Of a DNA stretch of 64,000 nt, positions 28,625 to 40,819 are shown in pieces. The stretch is taken from positions 783,508 through 847,507 of the forward strand of contig CAWDYU010000001.1 of assembly GCA_963806875.1 (NCBI GenBank), written 5' to 3'. The translations under genes were made by a program, and so were the position numbers. This DNA comes from an uncultured Gemmatimonadales bacterium. Lineage in GTDB: Bacteria; Gemmatimonadota; Gemmatimonadetes; Gemmatimonadales; GWC2-71-9. The notes below the pieces were generated by a model. The model was not told where the DNA came from and did not search any database. It saw only the letters and a program-made list of their open reading frames with translations. The first letter of the stretch is position 1. The number at the start of each line of letters is the position of its first letter.

Positions 28625-29878
28625 GGGCAGGTCACAAGCAAATGGTGGTGTTGCAGCGCAACGCTCATCGTTGCGTGCGCGGGAGCGCCGAGTCCGGCAC
28701 CCGCTCCCGCTCCGCTGCCGGTCCCGGTGACGGCTCGTCCGGTGCGTCCCGGCATTGACGTGCTGCTCACTGATTCGACCGCGCTGGTGCGTGGACGTCG
28801 GGTCGGCTTCGTCGCGAACGTGAATGCCGTCGACCGCAATGGAGAGAGTGCCATTGAACGACTCCGTGCGTCCGGCGTCAACCTTGTCGCGCTGTTCGGG
28901 CCGGAACACGGGCTCGATGCCAATGCCGCGCCAGGCGAGAAGGTGGAGTCATCGGTCTATCGCAACACCAGCATTCCAATCTACTCGCTCTACGGGCAGA
29001 CCCGCGCGCCAACGGCGGACATGCTGCAGGGCATCGACGTGATGCTGGTGGATCTCCCCGATGTCGGCGCCCGTTACTACACCTGGCTCGCGGCTACCGT
29101 CGAGGTGATGCGAGCGGCCGGGGCCCACGGGATCGGGGTGATCATCCTCGATCGTCCCAATCCGATCAACGGCGTGGTGCAGGGAAATGTTCTCGACCCG
29201 GCGTTCTCGTCGTATGTCGGGCGACTGGCCGTGCCGATGCGGCACGGACTCACGCTGGGTGAGCACGCAACGCTCGCGCGCGCCGATCTCGGGCTCGATG
29301 TGGATCTCCGCGTCGTGCCGGTCGACGGATGGACCCGCAGCATGCCGTTTCGCCAGACGGGGCTTCCGTTCCTTCCGCCCAGCCCGAATCTGCGCGACCT
29401 CGATGCACTCTTCCATTATCCCGGTACCTGCCTTTTCGAGGGGACTGCGCTCTCGGTGGGACGGGGAAGTGACGCACCATTTCACCAGGTCGGCGCACCG
29501 TGGCTCGACACCACTGCAGTGCTGGCACGCATGCGCGGCGTGGCGCTTCCGGGCGTTGCCTTCCGTGGGGTGCAGTTCACGCCCTCGAATCCGGGTGACG
29601 CCAAGTTCGCCGACACCCCGCTTCTCGGAGTCCGTCTCGAGATCACCGACCACGGTCGATACGACCCGGTCCGGACCGCCATCCATCTCCTCGCAGCAAT
29701 ACAAGCCGTGCATCCCGACCTGATCCGGATTGGCGGGTCATTCGATCGGCTCGCCGGTGGGAGTGCGCTGCGGACCGCGCTGGAACGCGGTGACGCGCCC
29801 GATGCGATCATCGCGACCTGGGCGCCCGATCTCGCCGCGTACCGCAGCCGCGTTGCGCCCTTTCATCTTTACCGCTGA
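28613..29878 (+). CDS. DUF1343-family protein (NamZ-like exo-beta-N-acetylmuramidase)
   Basis: MKFHG..., a lipoprotein-like leader, then GIDVLL...RVGFVANVNAVDRNGE...LFGPEHG...IPIYSLYG...DVMLVDLPDVGARYYTW...ILDRPNPING, characteristic of DUF1343. GGAGG lies 4 nt upstream. Confidence 0.8.
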   Translation: MKFHGQVTSKWWCCSATLIVACAGAPSPAPAPAPLPVPVTARPVRPGIDVLLTDSTALVRGRRVGFVANVNAVDRNGESAIERLRASGVNLVALFGPEHGLDANAAPGEKVESSVYRNTSIPIYSLYGQTRAPTADMLQGIDVMLVDLPDVGARYYTWLAATVEVMRAAGAHGIGVIILDRPNPINGVVQGNVLDPAFSSYVGRLAVPMRHGLTLGEHATLARADLGLDVDLRVVPVDGWTRSMPFRQTGLPFLPPSPNLRDLDALFHYPGTCLFEGTALSVGRGSDAPFHQVGAPWLDTTAVLARMRGVALPGVAFRGVQFTPSNPGDAKFADTPLLGVRLEITDHGRYDPVRTAIHLLAAIQAVHPDLIRIGGSFDRLAGGSALRTALERGDAPDAIIATWAPDLAAYRSRVAPFHLYR

Positions 29879-29885
29879 GCACTCC

Positions 29886-31071
29886 GTGAATCGCTGGCTT
29901 GTGGCCGGTCTCCTGCTGGGGGCGGCATGCGCAGACAAGGCGCCCCCGAACGACGCGTCCGTCGCGCCGAGTGGTGTATCGACTCGGCAGGCCGAGGGCG
30001 GAGATCATCCCGAGGTCATCGTGAGTGGCGATCCCGCGCCTGGTTCCCTCGACTCGATGATCGTCGTGGACGACGCGTTCCGCGGGGTCCGGAGCCTCCT
30101 CCTCGACCCCGCTGGCGGGGTGTGGGTCCTCGACCGCGGCGCGAAGACAGTCGCGCACTACGGTGACGATGGCACCAAGGGCGCCAGCGTCGGTTCGATC
30201 GGGAATGGTGCGGGGCAGCTTGCCGATCCCCACTCCCTGGCGTGGGGAGCCGGCAACCTCATGGTCTATGATCCCGGCAATTCCCGCGTCGCCCGCTTTC
30301 GGCCCGACGGCGGCTGGGAAGGTTCATGGCCCGTTGTGCCGATCACCGGCGGACCGAACGCCCGGTTCTTTGCCAGCGGCACGTCGGCATCCGCGTGGCT
30401 TTTTCAGTTCTCGTTCCTGAGCACCGGCGAAGCAGCGCCAGGCTTCGCTCGTTTCCCGCTCACGCCCCGTGGCGACGTCCGCTGGGTGCCACCGACCCGC
30501 AGCGGTCCGCTGTCGAACATCGTGATCTGCACGATTCCCGACAGCCAGGCGAGCTTTTCCCGCCCGTTCACGACCACCGAGCTCTGGCAGCCGTCGCCCG
30601 ACGGATATCTCTACCGCGTTGAGGGGGTCGATTACGTGGTGACGACGGTGGACAGCGCCGGCCGGGTGCTCAGGAGCGTCCGTCGGGAGATCCCCGGCGC
30701 GCCGATCAGCGATGCGGAGTGGACTGCGGCGGTCGCACCCCTCGAGCGCTTCCGGGCCGAGCACCCGGCGAGCTGCAATGGCGCCTTCACCCGCCCGGCC
30801 ACCAAGTCTGCGGTTCGGGCTCTCACGCTCGACGACCGGAGTCGTCTCTGGGTGGAGCGAATGACGGAATCCGGCGCGACCTGGGAGGTGTGGGAGGGCG
30901 AGCGGCTCGTTGGCGCGATCCCGGGTATCGACCGCGTTGCCGAGGTTCAGGTGGACATCCGGGGCGACCGATTTGCAGTTCTCGCGACTGGCGCCCACGG
31001 GCGCCCCCGAGGTCAGGGTTTACCGTTTCCGCCTCGCCGCTCCGATTGCTCCAAGTCCCACCGGCCGTTAG
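29886..31071 (+). pseudogene. NHL-repeat/beta-propeller lipoprotein, one frame change near its 3' end
   Basis: VNRWLVAGLLLGAACADK leader and NHL-like repeats (GNGAGQLADPHSLAWGAGNLMVYDPGNSRVARFRPDG). In the deposited frame it reads through into the next gene. A +1 shift near 30993 (a GGG run) gives a plausible end ...GAPEVRVYRFRLAAPIAPSPTGR*. Confidence 0.55.
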
Positions 31072-31136
31072 GTTTTCGCCCTGTCCGCCACCCCATCCGG
31101 GGGGCGGGATCTGATCGACCTCACGGTCGGGGGCGC

Positions 31137-31779
31137 GTGACGGAACTGGTACCGGACGTCGTGAAGCGGGCATACTTCAGCAGCACGGCCCCATTCATCC
31201 GGGCCCTGCTGCGCAGCGGCGTCACCCCGAATACCCTCACCACCGTTGGCGCGCTGCTCATCCTGGCGTCGTCGGTCGCCTTCGGCCTTGGCGCGATCCG
31301 CTCCGGCGGGCTGTTGCTGCTGGTGAGCGGAATGCTCGACACCTTCGACGGGCAGGTGGCCCGGGAAGGTGGACTGACGTCGCGATTCGGGGCGTTCTAC
31401 GACTCGACCCTCGACCGGGTCGGCGATGGCGCCTCCTTCATCGGTATCGCGGCGTACCTGATGTACACCCCCGATATCCAGTGGCGCGAGTTCGCGGTCA
31501 TCGCGTGCATGGTCGGGATCCTCGCGGCACTGCTGGTGTCGTACATGCGAGCCCGCGCCGAGGGCCTCGGCCTCGACTGCAAGGTCGGTATCGCCCAGCG
31601 TGCCGAGCGGATCCTCGGCCTCGGCCTCCCGACGGTGTTGCTTGGTGCTGGTCCGCGAGGCCTCGTGCTCACGACGGTCGTCATCGTCCTGACAGGTTTG
31701 TCCCTCATCACGGTCGCGCAACGGTTCGCCCACGTCCATCGGGAAACCGCCAGCGCTGACGTCAACAAAGGAACATTGA

Positions 31780-31787
<8 letters not shown>
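31137..31787 (+). CDS. CDP-alcohol phosphatidyltransferase (phosphatidylinositol-phosphate-synthase-like)
   Basis: The signature D-x2-D-G-x2-A-R...G-x3-D-x3-D is present as DTFDGQVAREGGLTSRFGAFYDSTLDRVGD. Multiple TM helices; GTG start at 31137. Confidence 0.75.
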
Positions 31788-33104
<1,317 letters not shown>

Positions 33105-33108
<4 letters not shown>

Positions 33109-33395
33109 AGTACTATCACCGCACCAGTGTCGCGCCCGATGCCGTGATGGCACGGGCTGCGGCATTGTTCGGGGCGCGGCTCGCGCCCACCGAAACTGGC
33201 CCCCGCGCACTGGCGTTCACCGGTTCGCTCGGGTCGATCAGGGTTGATGTGGCCGCCGAGGGCGGTCACTACACCCTGGTCACCATCCTCACCGACCAGC
33301 CTGCCGAAAGTGAGCTCGATCGCCTCGGAAAGCACTTCATGGGCGAAGTGCACAAGATGGCCAATCCGCAGCACGAGCTTCGCGGCACCTACTGA
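33105..33395 (+). CDS. Small hypothetical protein (96 aa) translationally coupled to ino1
   Basis: The GTG overlaps the ino1 stop (GTGA). VKYYHRTSVAPDAVMARAAALFG... has non-shadow composition and a coding-like third-position bias. Confidence 0.45.
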
Positions 33396-33419
33396 CGGCC
33401 GCCCCACCGGGAAGGTCCC

Positions 33420-34046
33420 TTGGCACTACGTCTCCTCCCACGCGACGAGCGATTCTTCGAGCTCTTCGCGGAACTGGCCACCGCATCGGTCGATGCCTCG
33501 CGACACCTCGCCGATCTCCTCGGCAGGCGTGACGCCGACCGCTGGCCGCTCGTCGATGCCATCAAAGCCCTCGAGCACGGTGCCGACACGGTGACCCATA
33601 CGATCGTGACCCGACTGGACCGGTCCTTCATCACGCCGTTCGACCGTGAAGACATCCACCTCCTCGCCTCCCGGCTCGACGATGTCATCGACCGGATGGA
33701 TTCGTGCGCACGTCGGGTGAAGATCTTCCGGATCGTCGACGTGCCCGAGGGAGCAGTCAAGATCAGCGAGGTGATCCACCGCGCATCGATCGAACTGCTT
33801 CGTGCCGTGCACGCCATGGAAAAAGGTCCGCCCGCCACCGTGCTCGACGCCTGCCGCGTGATCAAGGGCCTCGAGACCGAGGGTGACGCGCTGTATCACG
33901 AATGGCTGGGGCGCCTGTTCGAGGAGGAAACCGACCCGATCACGATCATCAAGTGGAAGGAGCTCTACGACACGCTCGAGAAGACGCTCGACAGCGCCGA
34001 AGATGCTGCGAACGTGCTCGAGTCGGTCTCGATCAAGCACGGCTGA
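33420..34046 (+). CDS. DUF47-family (PhoU-like) phosphate transport accessory protein
   Basis: MALRLLPRDERFFELF...; typical DUF47 features and the conserved pairing with a PiT transporter directly downstream. Confidence 0.85.
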   Translation: MALRLLPRDERFFELFAELATASVDASRHLADLLGRRDADRWPLVDAIKALEHGADTVTHTIVTRLDRSFITPFDREDIHLLASRLDDVIDRMDSCARRVKIFRIVDVPEGAVKISEVIHRASIELLRAVHAMEKGPPATVLDACRVIKGLETEGDALYHEWLGRLFEEETDPITIIKWKELYDTLEKTLDSAEDAANVLESVSIKHG

Positions 34047-34049
34047 TCG

Positions 34050-35084
34050 ATGGACCAGTCGCTCGCCTTCGTCCTGCTGGTGATCGTCGTGGCGCTCATC
34101 TTCGACTTCATCAACGGCTTCCACGACAGCGCCAACTCGATTGCAACGGTCGTGGCGACCCGCGTGCTGACGCCGGGCGTGGCCGTGCTCTTCGCCGCCA
34201 GCTGCAACTTCCTGGCGGCGTTCATCGTGGGAACGGCGGTGGCCAAGACGGTCTCGAAAGGCCTGGTCGACCCGAGCGTGATCACCCCGACGCTGCTCAT
34301 GGCCGCACTCCTCGGCGCGATCATCTGGAACCTGATCACCTGGTGGTTCGGCCTGCCAAGCTCGTCGTCGCACGCGCTGCTCGGTGGCTTTGCCGGTGCA
34401 GCGATTGCCAAGGCCGGGATCGGGTCGATCCTCCTGAAGGGCTGGATCAAGCCGGTCGCCGGCATCGTGATCTCCCCGTTGCTCGGCATGACACTCGGCG
34501 TGTTGCTCTCGGTCGGCCTGTCGTGGGCGCTGTGGAAGCGTGAGGCCCGGACCATGGAACGGGTGTTCAAGCGATTGCAGCTGGTGAGTTCCGGCCTCTA
34601 TTCGCTTGCGCATGGGTCGAACGATGCGCAGAAGACGATGGGTATCATCGTCGGTTTGCTGGTCGCGTCGCAGGATATGTTCGCCGGTGAGACCGGGATC
34701 ATGAGCCATCTCTACCTGCGGACCGCCGACCACGTCCCGCTCTGGATCGAGATGTCGGCCTACACCGCCATCGCATGCGGCACGGCACTCGGCGGTTGGC
34801 GGATCATCAAGACGATGGGCACGGGAATCACCAAGCTCAGGCCGTTTGGCGGATTCTGTGCCGAGACCGGGGGCGCCATGACCATCCTCGTGGCATCGTC
34901 ACTGGGCGTGCCGGTGAGCACCACGCACACCATCACTGGCGCCATCGTCGGCGTCGGAGCCAGCCGGCGCCTGGCGGCGGTGCGCTGGGGCGTGGCGAGC
35001 CGGATCGTCTGGGCCTGGGTGATGACCATCCCGTTCAGCGGGCTGCTCGCGGCCGCCATCTACGCGCTGATGCCGGGGCGCTGA
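34050..35084 (+). CDS. Inorganic phosphate transporter, PiT family
   Basis: 344 aa. FDFINGFHDSANSIATVV and HGSNDAQKTMGII are the duplicated PiT signature motifs. Confidence 0.9.
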   Translation: MDQSLAFVLLVIVVALIFDFINGFHDSANSIATVVATRVLTPGVAVLFAASCNFLAAFIVGTAVAKTVSKGLVDPSVITPTLLMAALLGAIIWNLITWWFGLPSSSSHALLGGFAGAAIAKAGIGSILLKGWIKPVAGIVISPLLGMTLGVLLSVGLSWALWKREARTMERVFKRLQLVSSGLYSLAHGSNDAQKTMGIIVGLLVASQDMFAGETGIMSHLYLRTADHVPLWIEMSAYTAIACGTALGGWRIIKTMGTGITKLRPFGGFCAETGGAMTILVASSLGVPVSTTHTITGAIVGVGASRRLAAVRWGVASRIVWAWVMTIPFSGLLAAAIYALMPGR

Positions 35085-35175
35085 ACGCGTCGAGCGTCTC
35101 GTACGCTTGACCCATCTCGCTGTCACGTCGAAGTTTCCGCCCGTTCCCGACCCGCACCAGAGGCCTCCGACCGGC

Positions 35176-36272
35176 ATGGCGACACCCCCCACTTCCGAAC
35201 CGGCGACCCACGGCCTCACCCGCGAGCAGCTGCTCGCGCTCTATCGCTGGATGCGCCTCACGCGCACCCTCGAGGAGCGGCTCGTCGCGCTCTATCGCCA
35301 GACCAAGGTCGTGGGCGGCCTGTTCCGTTCGCTCGGCCAGGAGGGCTGCGCCGTCGGCTCGGCGTTCGCGCTCGAGCGCCGCGACGTCCTCTCGCCGCTG
35401 ATCCGCAACCTCGGCTCGATGCTGGTGAAGGGCGCCGAGCCCGTCGAGATCCTGCGGCAGTACATGGCCAAGGGTGATTCGCCGACGCGCGGACGCGAGC
35501 TCAACATCCATTTCGGCGATGTCGAGGAGCGCAACTTCGTCGGCCAGATCTCGCACCTCGGCGACATGGTGCCGGTGATGGCCGGCGTGACCCTCACGTT
35601 CAAGATGCGCGGCGAGGACCGCGTCGGTCTCGTGTATGTCGGCGACGGCGCGACGAGCACCGGCGCGTTTCACGAGGGCATCAACTTCGCCGCCGTGCAG
35701 CGCTGCCCGCTCGTCGTGATCGTCGAGAACAACGGCTACGCGTACTCGACGCCGACGTTCCGGCAGACCGCCGCCCGACAGTTCATCGACAAGGCGATCG
35801 GCTACGGCATCCCGGGGGAGCACGCCGACGGCAACGACGTGCTCGACGCCTATCGCGTCACGAAGCGACGCCGTCGACAACGCGCGCGCAGGGCGGGGGC
35901 GTCACGCTCATCGAGCTGCTGACCTACCGGCGAAGGGTCACGCCGAGCACGACAACCAGAGTTACGTGAAGCCCGGCGAGATCGAACAGTGGGCCGCCAC
36001 GAACGATCCGATCGACCGGTACATCGTGCGCCTCACCGGCGAGCTCGGCTTCACCGCCGCCGAGGTCGAGGCGGTCGACGAGCGAGGTGCGCGCCGAGGT
36101 CGACGCCGCGACCGACGCAGGCCGAGGCGTCGCCACCGTGCGAGGCCCCGATGCGCTGCGCGGCGTGTACGCGGAACCCGCCGAGATGCCGCGGCTCTGG
36201 TATCGCGAGGGGATCGCATCGGCGGTGGACGCGCACGAGCGCCCCGCGAGCTGGGGGACGCACGATGGCTGA
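35176..36272 (+). pseudogene. 2-oxoacid (branched-chain/pyruvate) dehydrogenase E1 alpha subunit, 4-6 frame changes in the last 400 bp
   Basis: The N-terminal 230 aa are intact (TPP-binding GDGATSTGAFHEGINFAA..VVIVENNGYAYSTP). The conserved ...AVDNARAG / [12 protein letters not shown] / [20 protein letters not shown] / [10 protein letters not shown]... segments lie in alternating frames between 35866 and about 36145. Confidence 0.75.
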
Positions 36273-37240
36273 GATCACCTATCTCGAGGCGATCCGCGAG
36301 GCGATCACCGAGGAGATGGAGCGCGACAGCAACGTCTTCTGTCTCGGCGAGGACATCGGCGCATTCGGCGGCGCGTTCAAGGTCACCGAGGGTCTGCACG
36401 CGCGGTTCGGCGACATGCGCGTCATCGACACGCCGATCGCCGAGATCGGCATCGTCGGCGCGGCGGCGGGCGCGGCGCACACGGGATGCGACCGGTGGTC
36501 GAGATGCAGTTCATCGACTTCGTCTCGTGCGCCTACGACATGCTGACCAACTACGTCGCCACGGCACGCTACCGCGCCTTCCTGCCCTGCCCGATCGTGG
36601 TGCGCGGACCGACGGGCGGCTATGTGCGCGGTGGGCCGTTCCACTCGCAGAATCCCGAAGCGGCATTCCTGCACACGCCGGGGCTCAAGATCGTCTATCC
36701 GGCGACCGCCGAGGACGCGAAGGGGATGATCAAGGCGGCGATCCGCGACGAGGATCCGGTGCTCTTCTTCGAGCACAAGTACCTGTATCGCCGGATCAAG
36801 GGCGACGATGCCGGCGGGCGACCACGTGGTGCCGCTCGGGCAAGGCGCGGATCGCCCGCGAGGGCACCGACCTCTCGATCATCACCTACGCCGCCACGGT
36901 GTGGAAGGCACTCGAGGCGGCGGAAGAGCTCGCGGCGGACGGGATGTCGGTCGAGGTGATCGACCTGCGCACGCTGCTCCCGCTCGACGATGCGGCTATC
37001 GTTGCTACAGTGAAGAAGACCAATCGGGTGCTGGTGGTCCACGAGGACACCGTCACCGGTGGGGTCGGGGGCGAGATCACGGCCCGCATCAACGAGCTCT
37101 GCTTCGAGTGGCTCGATGCGCCGGTCCGGCGGGTGACCGCGCACGACGTTCCGCTGCCGTACGCGCCACCGCTCGAGGATTTCGTGTTGCCGCAGACGTC
37201 GGACATCGTGCGCGCGTGCCGTTGGCTCGCCGCCTACTGA
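36265..37240 (+). pseudogene. 2-oxoacid dehydrogenase E1 beta subunit, about 3 frame changes
   Basis: [21 protein letters not shown]...[17 protein letters not shown], then [12 protein letters not shown]..., then PAGDHVVPLG, then KARIAREGTDLSIITYAATV... are spread over three frames (shifts near 36487, 36805 and 36840). The first shift is a G missing from a G run. Confidence 0.75.
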
Positions 37241-37264
37241 ACAAGGTTTCCACGGGGAGTTGGG

Positions 37265-38654
37265 ATGGCTCGCATAGACGTGATCATGCCGCAGATGGGC
37301 GAATCAATCACCGAGGGCACGATGTCGCGGTGGATCCGGCAGGTCGGCGATACAGTGAAGCGCGACGAGCCGATCTTCGAGATCTCGACGGACAAGGTCG
37401 ACGCCGAGATCCCCGCACCCAATGCCGGCGTGCTCAGCTGAGGTGCTGGTCACCGAGGGCCAGACTGTGGCGGTCGGCACGATCGTGGCCCGGATCGAGA
37501 CCGACGCCAGTGCCGCCGCTTCGGCGCCAGCTGCGCCAGCCGCGCCGGCCGAACCTGCGCCGCAGCGGCGCCCGCTGCATCTCCCGCAGCACCGGCTCGC
37601 GCCACCCGCCGCCGCTCCCCCAGCTTCCGCGCCGAAGCCTGTCGACTGCCGGACGCCGACGAGATCGGCCGAGGAACGCCTCAAGCGCAAGTCGACGCCG
37701 CTGGTGCGCAAGATGGTGGAGGAACATGGACTCGACCTCGGCGTGATCCCCGGCAGCGGGTCGGCCGGTCGCGTGACGAAGCAGGACGTCCTCGACTTCA
37801 TGGAGACCGGCGCCCCAGCGCCGAAGCCCGCCGCAAGCCAGGCCGACGGCTCGCCGGCGCCAGTGGCCGCAGCCCCGCCGGCCAGCACCGCTCCGGCTGC
37901 ACCCGCTGCGACGCCGTCGCTGCACCGCGGGCACGCCGGTGATGGCATGGGAGGGCGACCGCGTCGAGCCGTGGAGCCGCATCCGCAAGCTCACCGCCGA
38001 TCACATGGTGCTGTCGCGTCGCGTGTCGGCGCACGTCAACTCGCTCATCGAGGTCGACTTCACGCACGTGGCATCGTGCGCAAGTCGCTCAAGGCGGGCT
38101 ACGCCGAGCGCGGTGTCAACCTGACCTTCCTGGCATTCATCGTGAAGGCGATTGCCGACAACCTCCGGAAGCACCCGGTGATCAACGCGGCGGTGTCGGG
38201 CGACAACACCGTCTTCCGTCGCGACATCAACGTCGGGATCGCGGTCGCACTCGACTGGGGCCTGATCGTCCCGGTGATCCATCACGCCGACGAGCTGTCG
38301 CTGCTGGGCATCGCCCGCGCGGTGCAGGACCTCGCCGATCGTGCTCGCAACCGGAAGCTTGCGCCCGACGAAGTCCAGAAGGGGACGTTCACGATCACCA
38401 ACCCCGGCGGCTTCGGTACGTATGTGGGCACGCCGGTGATCAACCAGCCGCAGGTCGCGATCCTCGCCATCGGTGCGATCGAGAAGCGCCCGTCGGTGAT
38501 CACGCTGCCCGATGGCAGCGACGCGCTCGGTATTCGCACCAAGGGGATGATGGCGCTGGCGTTCGATCACCGGATCGTCGACGGTGCCGACGCCGATCGG
38601 TTCCTCGCCGACGTCCGCCAGACGCTGCACGCCTTCCCCGAGCAGCAGGGCTGA
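37265..38654 (+). pseudogene. Dihydrolipoamide acyltransferase E2 subunit, about 3 frame changes
   Basis: Lipoyl domain ([45 protein letters not shown]), E3-binding domain (STPLVRKMVEEHGLDLGVIPGSGSAGRVTKQDV) and catalytic domain (ALAFDHRIVDGADADRF). Shifts are near 37437, 37935 and 38075. Confidence 0.75.
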
Positions 38655-38655
38655 C

Positions 38656-38972
38656 GTGGCCCGGGTGCTGACGGCGACGCGGGTCACGGTCGCTGCCGGA
38701 GCACACCGATGCCTGGCTCGACATCCTGGAGGTGCTGGCGGTGCGCTTGAAGGCGCGCGGCCAGCACCTCTGGGTTTTCCGGGCCGACGGCGCATCCGAC
38801 CAGTGGCTGGAGTTCACCGAAGGGCCGGATCCGGCGACGCACCGCGCCGCGGGGCCGGCCGACGGCGAAGAGCGAGCCCTCGAGGCGTCGCTCCGCCAGC
38901 TGGCTTGCTATGATGAAGGATCCCTGGCCACGCACTGGCAGGAAGTTCCCTTGATTCGTCCCGGGAGGACCG
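38656..38972 (+). pseudogene. Small hypothetical protein; frame change near 38695 and uncertain 3' end
   Basis: A GTG lies 1 nt after the E2 stop (VARVLTATRVTVAA...). Coding-like sequence continues in another frame (EHTDAWLDILEVLAVRLKARGQHLWVFRADGASDQWLEFTEG...). The boundaries are guesses. Confidence 0.3.
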
Positions 38973-39245
38973 ATGGCGCGACAGATAAAGGACGATGCGG
39001 GCCGAACCTGGGAAGCGGCGCCGAGCGGGCGGGTGACGCAGTACGATGTGGACGAACTCTCGATCGAGTTCCGGCTTGTCGATCCCGACACTGACGAACG
39101 CCGATTCGCGCGTTTTTCACCACGCGGCGCCAAGGTGGGCGAGATGGCGTTCGAGCAGACCAGCGACGCCGCGCTCCAGTCATTGCTGCGGGCCTCACAG
39201 GTCGCGTGGACATCTCCAGATGGTGGCTACGCCACACCGGCGTGA
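38973..39245 (+). CDS. Small hypothetical protein (90 aa)
   Basis: ATG preceded by GGGAGGA. MARQIKDDAGRTWEAAPSGRVTQYDVDELSIEFRLVDPDTDERRFARFSP... has non-shadow composition. Confidence 0.5.
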   Translation: MARQIKDDAGRTWEAAPSGRVTQYDVDELSIEFRLVDPDTDERRFARFSPRGAKVGEMAFEQTSDAALQSLLRASQVAWTSPDGGYATPA

Positions 39246-39246
39246 G

Positions 39247-40079
39247 ATGATCGACCTCCACTGTCACTCGACGGCATCGGATGGGATGCTCTCGCCCGCC
39301 GACGTGGTCCGGCATGCCGCCGAGGTGGGCGTGGCAACGCTCGCCCTCACCGATCACGACACCACCGCCGGCGTGGCCGAGGCAATCGAGACTGGCCGCC
39401 GGTCGGCGTCAACGTGATCAGCGCGTGCGAGTTCTCGGTGCAGGTGCGGTGGGGCGAGATGCACCTGCTCGGCTACTTCCTTCCGGTGAGCGATGCGCGC
39501 CTCGAGGACTTCCTGGTGCACGCCCGTGCTGGGCGCGACCGGCGCGCTCGCGCGATGGTGTCGCGCCTCACCGGACTCGGCCTGCGCATCGACTTCGACA
39601 GCATCCAGCATATCGCCCAGGGAGGCGCGGTCGGGCGGCCGCACGTCGCTCGCGCGCTGCTCGCGGCCGGTCACGTCGCAACGATACAACAGGCTTTCGA
39701 CCGATACATCGGGACAGGCCGACCAGCATTCGTGGAAAAGGAACTGCCGCAGTTTCGCGATGTCGCAGATCTCGTGCACAGTGTCGGCGGGATCGTGTCG
39801 GCGGCGCACCTCAAGCGCCATGGCACCCGTACCGAGCTTGCGCTGTTGTGCGATGAAGGCCTCGACGCGGTCGAGACCCGCCACCCCAGTCACGACGGGG
39901 AGACTCGCGCCACGATCACCGAGGCGGCCGACGCGCTCGGCCTGGGCCGCACCGGGGGGTCCGACTGGCACGGCGAGCTCGATGCGATCGGCACGCACTC
40001 CCGACTCGGGTCGCAGGACGTGCCCGACGAATGGCTGCCGCCCCTCGAGCAGCGCCGACCGGCGATCAACCCGGCATGA
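39247..40079 (+). pseudogene. PHP-domain metal-dependent phosphoesterase, one frame change
   Basis: MIDLHCHSTASDGMLSPADVV...LALTDHDT (PHP motifs) continues in another frame from about 39403 (GVNVISACEF...GEMHLLGYF...VSAAHL...GGSDWHG). Confidence 0.75.
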
Positions 40080-40819
40080 GCATCGAACTCGCGGGGCGCG
40101 TGGCCCTCGTGACCGGCGGTGCCCGTCGGCTCGGCCGCGCCTTTGCGGTCGCGCTGGCGGAGCGGGGGATGCACGTCGCGGTGCACTACGGCAGCTCGGC
40201 CGGAGAGGCCCAGGAGTTGGTGGCGGAACTCGAGGCGGCGGGTCATCGCGCGGCGTCGTTCGGTGCCGACCTCACCGACGCCGATGCAGCGTGCGCCCTC
40301 CCCGGTCGCGGTGGTCGACCTGTTCGGACGGCTCGACGTGCTGGTCAACTCGGCAGCGGTGATGGAACGCATCAGCGTGGCCGACACGACCGCGAAGCAG
40401 TGGGATGAGATCATGCACCTCAATCTCCGCGCGCCGTTCTTGCTGGCGCAGCAAGCGGCACCCTACATCGCGCAACAGAAGGGCCGGATCGTCAACATCG
40501 CCGACCTCGGCGGCCTGGAGCCCTGGCCATCGTACGCCGCACACTCGGTCAGCAAGGCTGGTGTGGTGATGCTCACCAAGGTGCTCGCCACTGCGCTTGC
40601 ACCCGACATCACGGTCAACGCCATTGCGCCCGGGCACGGTGCTGGTGCCCGACGATTACGACGATGCCCGCCGCACCTTTCTCAGCGAGACCACGCCCGT
40701 TGCAGCGCCTCGGCACGCCCGGTGACGCGGTGCAGGCGCTGCTCTTCCTGCTCGAACACGGCGATTTCATCACCGGTGAGACCCTCGTGGTCGACGGCGG
40801 CAGGATGCTGCGGCGGTGA
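40076..40819 (+). pseudogene. Short-chain dehydrogenase/reductase (SDR), about 3 frame changes
   Basis: VALVTGGARRLGRAFAVALAERG (TGxxxxxG), NSAAV, and the YAAHSVSKAG catalytic Y-x3-K. The C-terminus ...ITGETLVVDGGRMLRR is recovered only after shifts near 40298, 40633 and 40699. The start overlaps the PHP stop (ATGA). Confidence 0.75.
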
